Source of the DNA: Alphaproteobacteria bacterium
Lineage (GTDB): Bacteria; Pseudomonadota; Alphaproteobacteria; JAUHZC01
Length of the DNA: 64,000 bases
NCBI GenBank assembly: GCA_030425805.1
Contig: JAUHZC010000002.1
Location: 20,448-84,447, forward strand
Direction of reading: 5' to 3'
The notes under the pieces were generated by a model. It searched no databases. It saw nothing but the letters and a program-made list of their open reading frames with translations, and had not been told where the DNA came from. Positions 9,002 through 18,258 of the stretch are shown piece after piece (position 1 is the stretch's first letter; each line of letters begins with the position of its first letter). Made by a program: the position numbers and the translations under genes.

Positions 9002-10105
9002 ATGGGGTTTCAATGTGGGATTGTTGGATTACCGAATGTCGGAAAATCCACCCTTTTTAATGCACTCACAGCAACAGCTGCTGCAGAGTCTGCAAACTAC
9101 CCCTTCTGCACCATTGAACCTAATACAGGACGTGTAGCTGTACCAGACTCCCGCCTTGATCAAATAGCTGAGATTGCTGGATCCCAGAATATCATTCCGA
9201 CCAGTCTGGAATTTGTTGATATTGCAGGCCTTGTGAAAGGCGCCAGCAAAGGAGAAGGATTAGGCAACCAATTCCTTGGGCATATCCGGGAAGTCGATGC
9301 CATTATCCACATGCTCCGCTGCTTTGAAAGTGATGATATCACCCACGTAGAAGGCTCTGTTTCCCCCCTGCGGGATAAAGAAATCATCGAAACTGAGTTG
9401 ATGATTGCAGATTTAGAAAGCCTGGAGAAGCGCCTCCCTGCCCTAGAAAAACGCATCCGTGGCCGGGATGAAGAAGCTGTCCACCTGAAGTCTCTTTGTG
9501 AAAAAGCGATTGCCCTTCTCAGTGATGGGAAGCCTGCTCGCCTTCTTGAACCCACAGAGGCTGAGGCTCCGCTTATGAAGCATCTCCAACTTTTGACCCA
9601 AAAACCTGTGCTTTATGTTTGTAATATTGGCGAAGATGAAATCGGATCCCCTGATAATGAACATGTGAAACACGTGAAGGACGTTGCTGAAGCTGAAGGC
9701 GCAAAAGTCGTCACCATCTCTGCTGAGATTGAAGCCCAGGTTGCCGCCCTAGAGACAGAAGAAGAGAAAACGGAATTCCTCCAAGCCCTCGGCCTTGACC
9801 AAACAGGACTAGGGAAAATTGTAAAAGCTGGCTATGATCTCCTGGGCCTTATGACCTATTTCACAGCAGGCCCTAAAGAAGCCCGAGCTTGGACTGTTCC
9901 CAAGGGCGCCACAGGCCCTGAAGCTGCAGGCGTTATTCATACAGACTTTCAACGCGGCTATATCTGCGCTGAAACCGTCAGCTTTGAGGATTATATTGCC
10001 CATAAGGGTGAAACCGGGGCCAAGGCCGCTGGAAAACTCCGCCAAGAAGGCAAAGAATACATCGTCAAAGACGGTGACGTCATCCTATTCCGATTTAACG
10101 TTTAA
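9002..10105 (+). CDS. ychF: Redox-regulated ATPase YchF (Obg family)
   Basis: GIVGLPNVGKST, NYPFCTIEPN, DIAGLVKGAS, C-terminal DGDVILFRFNV. Confidence 0.98.
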   Translation: MGFQCGIVGLPNVGKSTLFNALTATAAAESANYPFCTIEPNTGRVAVPDSRLDQIAEIAGSQNIIPTSLEFVDIAGLVKGASKGEGLGNQFLGHIREVDAIIHMLRCFESDDITHVEGSVSPLRDKEIIETELMIADLESLEKRLPALEKRIRGRDEEAVHLKSLCEKAIALLSDGKPARLLEPTEAEAPLMKHLQLLTQKPVLYVCNIGEDEIGSPDNEHVKHVKDVAEAEGAKVVTISAEIEAQVAALETEEEKTEFLQALGLDQTGLGKIVKAGYDLLGLMTYFTAGPKEARAWTVPKGATGPEAAGVIHTDFQRGYICAETVSFEDYIAHKGETGAKAAGKLRQEGKEYIVKDGDVILFRFNV

Positions 10106-10124
10106 CTCCGCAACAAGTCTATGT

Positions 10125-10160
10125 ATGGATTGCAGCAATGCTTACGCTCCTCGCGATGAG
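10125..10160. repeat. Isolated right arm of REP/RPE-like palindromic element
   Basis: ATGGATTGCAGCAATGCT..CGCTCCTCGCGATGA matches the right arms at about 23728 and 57338. Confidence 0.7.
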
Positions 10161-10260
10161 GATGGTGAATGATAAGATAAATATTCCTCTTGAAAAAAAT
10201 ATTTATTTTTCATAAAAAAGAAAAACTATTTTTTACTTTCATTTAGATCAACAAAAGATA

Positions 10261-11676
10261 ATGTTATTTCTTAAATATATACCTGTATTTATTTTTTGCC
10301 TTCTTTCATCCACAGGATACTGTGCTGATGCAGCAGCTGCAGGAGGAGTCGATACTTTTGCAGATAAATATGCCCAAGCTGTGTCTCTACGAAACGAGTG
10401 CTTAACCGGTGGAAAAGTCGTAAACATAGGGAAGCTCATCAACGCTCAAACTTTTTTCATGCATTGTTTGTGTGGGAAAGGAGATATTCCCGGAAAAGCT
10501 ATGCACAACCTTGGCAGACTTTTCTACGCAATAGGGGATTTGCCCCTCGCCCAATTTTGGTTTCAAGCATCTTGGGACCGTCTTGGTCTGGGCGCAACAA
10601 AGAAGAATTTAGAGACTGTATGTGCAGAAATGGAAGGAAGTGAACCATCAGCAGAAACCCCACCTTCAGTTTCCCTTGCTACATCTTTTGAGGATCTTCT
10701 AACAAAGGCAGTGTTTGATGCTAACAGTCAAAAATATTTACAAGTAGCACTTATGCGCAAAAGCCTTAGTGACGATTTAAAGACAATAGCGGGAATTTGC
10801 TATAGAGATCCCCTGATTGCCTCAAAGGCTCTCCTTGCAGCTGCAGAACATCCCTTAAAGGGGGCTGTTGGCCAAATCTTTGTTTCTGATCTTGAGCTTG
10901 AAGGAGGGCAGAAGATAAATGCCACCTGTGTGCATCTTGGAGGAGGGCATATTCTTGCTAATGCACACTTTTTAACAGCTGTTCTTGATATTGCTGGTGG
11001 AGCCCTGCCTGCTAAAAAAATCTTAAGCAAGACAACTATCAGTTTAGAGGGGCGACTCTATTCCGTGCACTCTGGGTTGTTAAAAAAAGGCCATGATACA
11101 GAGCTCAACCCTCCTCTTACATCGGGTGCATTTGATTTTCGTAATGATCTCTTGCTCCTTCATTGTCCAGAAGCAGCTGGTGCAGCGACAATCCCTGTTG
11201 CAAAGGCTGCTTCTGCAGAAGAATTTCCTATGGCGTGTACTGTCCTGAGTTATGCCACGCCGAAGGTTGGTGATTTTTCTACATCATTTGCAGCATTACC
11301 TGTTCTTGCAATGTCTGAAGCTAGGCTTCATCGTGAAGAAGGAATGTATCCTCGTTTGTTCCCGGGTATGGAAGGGTGCTTAACTGTTGATGTTGCAACA
11401 ACAAACCCTGCAGAATTAGCGTTTGCTGATGCTCATGTTCCGGACCTTCACTTACCAGCTGCTTATGGCTCATCTACTTCAGGTTCTCCTTTTATCAATT
11501 CAAAAGGAGAAATTGTCGGAATTCTTGCTAATTCTCATGTATCTGTTACTACAGGAGAGCCCCCTGTATATATAAATACAAATTTTATTGTTGACCTTAC
11601 AAGGCCAGAAATCAGGTCATTTCTAGCTGCTAACTTGGGGAGTGCACCTCCGGCGGATACCATTTTTGCAGAATAA
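10261..11676 (+). CDS. Exported protein with a Sel1/TPR-like repeat and a trypsin-like serine protease domain
   Basis: Signal ending TGYCA; AMHNLGRLFYAIGDLPLAQFWF; ILANAHF, NDLLLL, STSGSPFINSKGEIVGI. Confidence 0.7.
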   Translation: MLFLKYIPVFIFCLLSSTGYCADAAAAGGVDTFADKYAQAVSLRNECLTGGKVVNIGKLINAQTFFMHCLCGKGDIPGKAMHNLGRLFYAIGDLPLAQFWFQASWDRLGLGATKKNLETVCAEMEGSEPSAETPPSVSLATSFEDLLTKAVFDANSQKYLQVALMRKSLSDDLKTIAGICYRDPLIASKALLAAAEHPLKGAVGQIFVSDLELEGGQKINATCVHLGGGHILANAHFLTAVLDIAGGALPAKKILSKTTISLEGRLYSVHSGLLKKGHDTELNPPLTSGAFDFRNDLLLLHCPEAAGAATIPVAKAASAEEFPMACTVLSYATPKVGDFSTSFAALPVLAMSEARLHREEGMYPRLFPGMEGCLTVDVATTNPAELAFADAHVPDLHLPAAYGSSTSGSPFINSKGEIVGILANSHVSVTTGEPPVYINTNFIVDLTRPEIRSFLAANLGSAPPADTIFAE

Positions 11677-11706
11677 TCTTCCCTCCAGCCCTCCTCTTTT
11701 TTTACA

Positions 11707-11846
11707 GTCATCGCGAGCCCTGACAGGGCGCGGCGATCCATAAGATGCTTGGATTCCGGGTCGGAGTCTGGAATGACGATGCAGCCTTATGAAGGTCACT
11801 CCGGACCCTCACACTAAAGTCACCCCGGACTTGATCCGGGGTCTAT
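11707..11846. repeat. Composite REP/RPE-like palindromic element (right arm missing)
   Basis: GTCATCGCGAGCCC..GGCGATCCATAAGA..GGATTCCGGGTC..GGAATGAC..GTCACCCCGGACTTGATCCGGGGTC; near-identical copy at 57203-57337. Confidence 0.85.
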
Positions 11847-11854
11847 AATTAAAG

Positions 11855-12490
11855 CTAAGCTGCCACTTCTTCAGTTGAGGTAGGACGGTTAGTGATAACG
11901 TGATCAATAAAGCCCAGTTTCTTTGCCTCTTCAGGGCCTAAGAAACGGTCACGCTCAAGGAGCTCTTCGATCTTCTTCACACTTTGCCCAGAAGCTGTCG
12001 CATACATCTCGTAAATACGCTTACGGAGCTCAATGATCTCACGGGCATGAATTTCAATATCTGTCGCCTGACCCCGAGCACCACCTAAAGGTTGGTGAAC
12101 CATGATGCGGGAGTTGGGCAATGCATAGCGCTTGCCTTTCGATCCCATCGTGAGCAAGAGAGATCCAGCAGAGGCTGCTTGTCCCATGCAAATGGTTGCT
12201 ACATCTGGCTTGATATAATTAATCGTATCCATCATCGCCAAGGCCGATGTCACCACGCCACCCGGAGAATTGATATAGAGGAAAATATCTTTCTTAGGAT
12301 TCTCTGACTCCAGGAATAGAAGCTGAGCACAAATCAATGAAGCCACCTGGTCATTCACCTCCCCTGTGAGGAAGATAATTCTTTCTTTCAAAAGACGGGA
12401 ATAGATGTCGTATGAACGTTCCCCCCGGTTTGTTTGCTCAACAACCATTGGTACCAATGTACTTGCTACGGTGGGATCAAATTCGCTCAT
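11855..12490 (-). CDS. clpP: ATP-dependent Clp protease proteolytic subunit
   Basis: [50 protein letters not shown]. Confidence 0.98.
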   Translation of the reverse strand: MSEFDPTVASTLVPMVVEQTNRGERSYDIYSRLLKERIIFLTGEVNDQVASLICAQLLFLESENPKKDIFLYINSPGGVVTSALAMMDTINYIKPDVATICMGQAASAGSLLLTMGSKGKRYALPNSRIMVHQPLGGARGQATDIEIHAREIIELRKRIYEMYATASGQSVKKIEELLERDRFLGPEEAKKLGFIDHVITNRPTSTEEVAA

Positions 12491-12654
12491 AGAAACCTCT
12501 CTATCTGTTATGTGTTCTCTTAATATAACGCACTTTCCCCCCTCTTCCTAGAGGTGAAAATTTTTCACCATATAAAAAAACGGACTGAAGCAAAAAAATA
12601 TTTTCTTGATTTTTTCCATAACTCAAAATAAAAGGGAATAAATTTGAGAAAATT

Positions 12655-13584
12655 ATGCATAAAATACTTATCTATTTAATTTTATTACTCACCTTTAATA
12701 CAACTTTCTCTGTGTTTGCTGCAGGAGTAGCAGAAGGAAGTGGCGCAGCAGCCATGGAAGGGGGCTCAACAGCAGCACTTAGCCTGCATCCTGTTGTTAG
12801 CTCAGAAGACTTATGCCGAGCCCTAAAGGTTGCAGCTGAGGGAAGCAAAGAAAAAGGGCCAGAATTTGTTGATACTGATCCTAAGGGAATTTGGGAAGGT
12901 TTCCGGGATTTCAATGAGGAAAGGGAACGACTGGAAGGTCTTCGCCACGGCAGAGTTCCTGACTGCGCCATGAAAATCTACGTTATAGAGGCCCGCTCTC
13001 CAGGAACAGGTCCTGCTGATGTCGGTTACCTCATCTTAGATAGGCCGATAACACTTGAAGGAAAACTTAAAAATGACGCAGAAGAAGATGATGATGGTAT
13101 TTCTGATTATGAATCAGCATTGTCAGTGGAGGCTGCAGTTGCTGCCACATCAAGACGTCCAGAATACTATACAGAAATAATTAGTTTTGTTCTCCCAAAA
13201 TACCGTGGACGGGGAATTGGCAAAGGGCTGAGAGGCCTCATCATTGATATGGTACATCCCGCAGTAGGAATCCCCTGTTTGGATGGTATTTTTGCGGGTG
13301 CTTTGTCTGTTGTTAATGGAGAAAACACCAGACAGCTTCACATTGCTGGAAAATATGGCTCCCTCACTTTTGGGCCAACAGTTCCCCCTATTATCGTCCC
13401 CGTTGTAGACAACCTTGGAATCAAAGATGTCTACTTTACCTATCCACCTCGTAGACTTCCCCCAACCGCAAACCCAAGATTCTATGCTCAGATGGTGGAT
13501 GCCTTGAGACGGGGGGATAAAGACAAGACTCTTGAATGCTGGATACGGTACGTAAGATCTATAGCATCTAAAAGATTCCGATAA
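12655..13584 (+). CDS. Orphan exported protein with GNAT acetyltransferase motif A
   Basis: Signal ending SVFAA; FVLPKYRGRGIGKGL followed by VVNGENTRQL. Confidence 0.65.
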   Translation: MHKILIYLILLLTFNTTFSVFAAGVAEGSGAAAMEGGSTAALSLHPVVSSEDLCRALKVAAEGSKEKGPEFVDTDPKGIWEGFRDFNEERERLEGLRHGRVPDCAMKIYVIEARSPGTGPADVGYLILDRPITLEGKLKNDAEEDDDGISDYESALSVEAAVAATSRRPEYYTEIISFVLPKYRGRGIGKGLRGLIIDMVHPAVGIPCLDGIFAGALSVVNGENTRQLHIAGKYGSLTFGPTVPPIIVPVVDNLGIKDVYFTYPPRRLPPTANPRFYAQMVDALRRGDKDKTLECWIRYVRSIASKRFR

Positions 13585-13586
13585 TT

Positions 13587-14255
13587 TCATTCACCTCGTG
13601 GTGGGGAAAGTGATGCGACAGCAAGAAGAAATTCCCGTGCCCGAGGTTCAAGAACTTCACTTTTTGAAAGCATTCGAAACACATGAGAAATGGATGCTGA
13701 CATTTGGCGAAGGCCATCCATCTTAAGAGCCTCCATCTGAGAGGGGGTAAGGTTTATATAGACAAATAAACCTTCCTCCTCTTCCTCAATCCAGCTGCGG
13801 GGTGAAGCCAGAGAGTCAAAACTCTCTCCGGCTTTCAAAACCTGGATAATGAGTATCATTGACCCGCCTTTCAACCTTTCTTCCAGAGGGGCATAATTCA
13901 AGAGAGCTTGAGAATTCGGCAGGCGAAATGCAAAAAAATCCTCCCATCTTTCACAACAAGCTTCTTGGACAGATTGCTGACAAAAGGGATGCGCTCCTTC
14001 AATTTCATTGCGCACCTTTACAAGAGATGTCCTTGTAATACCAGGTATGCCTATAGCTGATCCAAGCAGAGCCTTAAAGGATGCTCCCCGCACAAGATGC
14101 TTTCCTACAGTACCTGCATAATGACACCGAGCAGCCCATAAGGGATCTTCCGGAATCCGGCTAGAATGTGAAGAAGATAAAACAATTGCCCCAAACCCTT
14201 GAGAAACAAAACAAATGTGAAAAATAATAACGAATAAATACTGTTTCGGATTCAT
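13587..14255 (-). CDS. Orphan exported protein
   Basis: 222-aa ORF with hydrophobic N-terminus ending QGFGA; convergent with the GNAT gene. Confidence 0.6.
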   Translation of the reverse strand: MNPKQYLFVIIFHICFVSQGFGAIVLSSSHSSRIPEDPLWAARCHYAGTVGKHLVRGASFKALLGSAIGIPGITRTSLVKVRNEIEGAHPFCQQSVQEACCERWEDFFAFRLPNSQALLNYAPLEERLKGGSMILIIQVLKAGESFDSLASPRSWIEEEEEGLFVYINLTPSQMEALKMDGLRQMSASISHVFRMLSKSEVLEPRAREFLLAVASLSPPRGE

Positions 14256-14316
14256 TGTAATTCAAAATATAACTTTACAAGTTTTCCGAATTATTAGATT
14301 TAGATCAATCTTTTTT

Positions 14317-14898
14317 TTAAATTTGATCCAGGTGCGCACGGAAGCGCTTAAAGTCAGCTTCGATATCTGGATTTTTCAAAACATCATAGCACACAAAGGT
14401 TTCCAGTGGGGTCATGCCAAAAAACCTAAAGTTCATATGGGTCGGAAAAAAAAGATCATCCACACTCTTTCCCTGGAATAGATACTGTGCCGGATCCTGG
14501 AAAGCCTCTTTCGGGGCATTAAAGGTAAGTGAAAGCATATACTGCTTCCCGACCAAGGTTCCCCCTGATCCATAGTGACGGGATGAATCCTTTCGAGTTC
14601 GCCCATCGCCATCGCTGAACTGGCCAGACATACCTGCAGAATAAATTTCATCAATATACTTCTTTGTTCCCCAGGGCAGCCCCATCCAATGCACGGGCGT
14701 TTGCAAAAGAATTACGTCTGCCTTTTGATGTTTCTCAAGCTCATCAGAAACATCATAATCATCTCCCATTGCAGTATGGAGAACCGTATACCCCTTTTCC
14801 TGAAAGCAACGATCAGCAATATCCACAAGCGTTCGGTTCAAACGCCCTTTTTCATAAGGAGAGGGCATATGGCCGTTGATGATAAAGACTGTTTTCAT
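14317..14898 (-). CDS. mdaB: NAD(P)H-dependent flavodoxin-fold oxidoreductase (MdaB-like)
   Basis: [46 protein letters not shown]. Confidence 0.85.
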   Translation of the reverse strand: MKTVFIINGHMPSPYEKGRLNRTLVDIADRCFQEKGYTVLHTAMGDDYDVSDELEKHQKADVILLQTPVHWMGLPWGTKKYIDEIYSAGMSGQFSDGDGRTRKDSSRHYGSGGTLVGKQYMLSLTFNAPKEAFQDPAQYLFQGKSVDDLFFPTHMNFRFFGMTPLETFVCYDVLKNPDIEADFKRFRAHLDQI

Positions 14899-15674
14899 CA
14901 GGACTCTATCAAAGGAGTGGTAAAGGTATCCCCAAGATAAATCCGTCGGACACCTTCATGGGCAACCACTTCTTCAGGAAGACCGTCCATCAGTACTTTT
15001 CCTTCAGCAATGATATAGGCCCGATCCACAATTTCCAGCGTATCACGAACATTGTGATCCGTAATCAGCACACCAATGCCGCGATCTTTAAGATGGCGAA
15101 TCAGTTCCCGGATATCTCCCACAGCAATGGGGTCAATCCCAGCTAAAGGCTCATCGAGCAAGATAAATTTTGGACTTGCTGCCAGAGCACGGGCAATTTC
15201 AACCCGGCGGCGCTCTCCTCCCGATAAGGTTTGGCTATTGGCATGGCGCAGATGTTCAATCGAGAATTCAGCCAAGAGCTCTTCCAAACGCTCCCGACGT
15301 TTCTCGTGATCATCCACATTAAGCTCAAGAGCCGCCAGAATATTTTGCTCTGCCGTCATCCCTCGAAATACCGAAGCTTCTTGGGGCAAATACCCAATCC
15401 CGTGGCGGGAACGAACATGCATCGGAGCCTGGGTCAAATCCATATTCTCAAGAATGACTTGCCCAGATGTGGGCTGAATCAGACCTGCAATCATAGTAAA
15501 ACAAGTAGTCTTCCCTGCCCCATTTGGCCCGAGGAGCCCCACAACCTCTCCTGCAGAAACATGAATGGAAATATCATTCACAACCAGCCGACCTTTGTAG
15601 GCCTTTTTCAGCCCCACAGCCTTAAGCTGAACAGGCTGAGGTTGCGTTTCTTGAGAAATTGTTGTTTGATCCAT
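14898..15674 (-). CDS. lptB: LPS export ABC transporter ATPase
   Basis: [52 protein letters not shown]. Confidence 0.95.
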   Translation of the reverse strand: MDQTTISQETQPQPVQLKAVGLKKAYKGRLVVNDISIHVSAGEVVGLLGPNGAGKTTCFTMIAGLIQPTSGQVILENMDLTQAPMHVRSRHGIGYLPQEASVFRGMTAEQNILAALELNVDDHEKRRERLEELLAEFSIEHLRHANSQTLSGGERRRVEIARALAASPKFILLDEPLAGIDPIAVGDIRELIRHLKDRGIGVLITDHNVRDTLEIVDRAYIIAEGKVLMDGLPEEVVAHEGVRRIYLGDTFTTPLIES

Positions 15675-15787
15675 TGTTACAGAGGCACCCAAATTCACAG
15701 CCTACCTTAAACTGGTTTGAGCTGTTGAATCAACAAAAATGGCACAGCATAAGTTTTTTACTCTTTTTTCCTGATAAGGTATTTCCA

Positions 15788-15802
15788 TTAAATTTGATTT
15801 AA
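15788..15802. promoter_or_regulatory. TTAA-N7-TTAA (CtrA-box-like) site upstream of the OMP gene
   Basis: TTAAATTTGATTTAA, 34 nt before ATG 15837; AT-rich context makes a chance match possible. Confidence 0.3.
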
Positions 15803-15836
15803 TTTACACTGAAAGCAATATCGAGGTTTTATATCC

Positions 15837-16508
15837 ATGAAAAAGACACTGTCATTTCTTCTTCTCACAACAGTCCCCACCCTTGCCAGCGCTGAATTCT
15901 ATGCAGGTGTTCAAGGCACAGCCACCCGCCTTCGCGTGACCGGCACAACGGATGAAGAGGGTTTAGAAACGGTAAACATTTCAAAAAATAGCTCCAACCT
16001 GTCTTTTGGAGTCTATGGTGGGTACAATCACACATTTACTGAAAAAATAATGGCAGGGATTGACTTAGCATTAGATTTTCCTGCTCACACAAAGGAAACT
16101 TTTATTGTTTCTAAAGCTGACGGTGACCCCTATGATGACGGTGCACATTCAGTCTCATACCAGAGAAAATTTAGCGTGACACCTTGTGTCACACTTTCTT
16201 ATGTCCAGAATAAAGAATGGACATTTTACGTTAAAGCTGGTCCCTCTATCTCAAGGGAAGGAGCCACTTTAACAAAGGGAAGTTCAAATACTAAAGAAGT
16301 CATTAAAACAAAAGTTAGACCGTATCTTGGTTTCGGCTCTACATACAACATCAATAAAGTTGGCATCAAGCTTGAATATGCACATATTTTTGGTAAGAAG
16401 CGGATTGCTGTTACGAATGTGGCAGGTGCTGGTGGAGATAATGGTAATGTCTATCTCAAGCAGTCTCCTGGGCACAATTTCAAAATCGGGGTGCATTATA
16501 GGTTTTAA
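15837..16508 (+). CDS. Small outer-membrane beta-barrel protein
   Basis: Signal peptide ASA|EFYAG, alternating beta strands, C-terminal FKIGVHYRF BAM signal. Confidence 0.85.
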   Translation: MKKTLSFLLLTTVPTLASAEFYAGVQGTATRLRVTGTTDEEGLETVNISKNSSNLSFGVYGGYNHTFTEKIMAGIDLALDFPAHTKETFIVSKADGDPYDDGAHSVSYQRKFSVTPCVTLSYVQNKEWTFYVKAGPSISREGATLTKGSSNTKEVIKTKVRPYLGFGSTYNINKVGIKLEYAHIFGKKRIAVTNVAGAGGDNGNVYLKQSPGHNFKIGVHYRF

Positions 16509-16510
16509 CA

Positions 16511-17710
16511 ATGAAAAAATTTGTATCTATATGTTTCCTTCTTTTGTTATCCTTTGACGCATGGGGAGCTGCTACGAAATTCTCAAAAGCAGAAGAGGAA
16601 AGGTCTGTCAGAAAGCTTTTAGAAAGGATTGGACGTAAGTCACCAACCAGAGAGCTTGTTGATTTTTTCATTTCAAAACTTCCTGAATTAAGGGGGTTAC
16701 CCAGCAAAAATGCTCGAACAGCAAGAGCAACCAAGCTGTTAAAAGATTACACCGCTGAGAAGAAAGGCGAAGCAAAAGCTCGTGCCGCAGAGGCTGCCAG
16801 GTTGCGAGCTGAGAGAGAGGCGGCGGCTGCTGCTGTAGACAGAGGAGGTGCTGATGGGCCAGTGGATGCAGGGGGTGATTTAGCATCTCTTGCAAGTTCT
16901 GAGGAGGTCGACGACCCTGATGAACGCGCAAGAAGAGAAGCTCTTGCTCTAGAAGAAGCTATTGCGCTGCGAGAACTTGCACGTGCAGAGAGAGCTCAGC
17001 GGGTAGAGGCTGAAGAAAGCGCACGCCGTCAAATTGGAAATATTACAGCAGCACAGAGAATAGGGAAAGCCTGGAGAGAGAGGACTCAGCGTGGAGTAAT
17101 GCGGGACCTTGGGGGTGCTGCAAGAGAACGCGTTAGAGAAGCTAGAGCCCAACGTGAGACTGCAGTAGCAGAACGAGCGGAAGCTGTTGCTGCAAGAGAG
17201 GAAGCAGAAGCTCAACGTGAGTTAGCACAAACCGCACAGCAAGAAGCAGAAGCCCAACGTGCGGCTGCAGAAGCAGAACGAGCAGAAGCTGTTGCTGCAA
17301 GAGAGGAAGCAGAAGCTCAACGTGGGTTAGCACTAGCAGCGCAAGCAACTGCTGAGGGTGAACGTGACGCCCTAATTCGTGCTGTTTATGGGTTAGGTGC
17401 AACAGATGGCATTACAGCAGGACAGAGGGACAGAGCACTTGAAAGAGCGAGAATAAGCCGGCAGCTTCGAGAGGAATTGATTCGGCGGGATCAGGATCCA
17501 GTTAACTGTAAGTTTAGAAGCTATGCAAGAGGTGCAAATACTGACACAGAGCTTCAAGTTTTACAAAATGCTTTGGATGCTCTCCTTGTAGCAGCTCCTG
17601 AGCCAAGAACATGTTTTCCTCTCGGGCGTGGACCGTGGGCTATACAAGGGCAAATCCACAGGGATTTCCTTGCACCACCAGCAGCGGCAGGGGCGGCAGC
17701 TGCTGAATAG
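16511..17710 (+). CDS. Orphan exported coiled-coil protein with an internal 35-aa duplication
   Basis: Signal ending DAWGA; A/E/R-rich; 105-nt-period repeat at 17168 and 17273. Confidence 0.75.
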   Translation: MKKFVSICFLLLLSFDAWGAATKFSKAEEERSVRKLLERIGRKSPTRELVDFFISKLPELRGLPSKNARTARATKLLKDYTAEKKGEAKARAAEAARLRAEREAAAAAVDRGGADGPVDAGGDLASLASSEEVDDPDERARREALALEEAIALRELARAERAQRVEAEESARRQIGNITAAQRIGKAWRERTQRGVMRDLGGAARERVREARAQRETAVAERAEAVAAREEAEAQRELAQTAQQEAEAQRAAAEAERAEAVAAREEAEAQRGLALAAQATAEGERDALIRAVYGLGATDGITAGQRDRALERARISRQLREELIRRDQDPVNCKFRSYARGANTDTELQVLQNALDALLVAAPEPRTCFPLGRGPWAIQGQIHRDFLAPPAAAGAAAAE

Positions 17711-17737
17711 AGGGTTATAGTCTTCAGCTTTACAAAT

Positions 17738-17768
17738 AAAAGCCTCAGAACATCCTGGGGCTTTTTTT
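17738..17768 (+). terminator. Rho-independent terminator
   Basis: AAAAGCCTCAG-AACATC-CTGGGGCTTTTTTT hairpin with T tract after the 16511..17710 gene. Confidence 0.7.
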
Positions 17769-17812
17769 ATTTAAGAAGAAACAAGAACCGATGCCCTTGT
17801 TCAGTGCTTCTT

Positions 17813-18220
17813 CTGGACCCCGGATCAAGTCCGGGGTTTCGAGGGGAGGTCCTGGGGTTTCGAGGAGAGTCCTTGGGTTTTGATGAGGAGTGATAAGATT
17901 TAGGCGAAGGGTGCTGAATTTTACTGCGAGGCCTGAAGATCTGTGGCAGTCTGTACGTGGATTGCCACGTCGCTGCGCTCCTCGCAATGACCTTGAAAGT
18001 TTGTGCTTCTTGCAATAACCTCATTACCATTAGGAAACCTGCTCCCTTCTATCGCGAGCCCTCACCCTTCTCTATTGTCATCGCGAGCTCGAAGGGCGTG
18101 GCAATCCATATATCGAAATTCCAGCGAAGGCTGGAATCCAGGATTATCTTCTCCCCTGCAAAAGCAGGGGGCTGGTTTTTATTTTACTATGAGGTTAAAT
18201 TTTCAGCACTCGCGATGGCC
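17813..18220. repeat. Cluster of REP/RPE-like palindromic repeats
   Basis: GACCCCGGATCAAGTCCGGGG, GGATTGCCACG..CTCCTCGCAATGAC, GTCATCGCGAG..GGCGTGGCAATCC, ATTCCAGCGAAGGCTGGAATCC; all recur at 57203-57650. Confidence 0.85.
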
Positions 18221-18258
18221 AAAACCTGTTTCTCGACTTTCCAGAAGGAGATTTCCGG

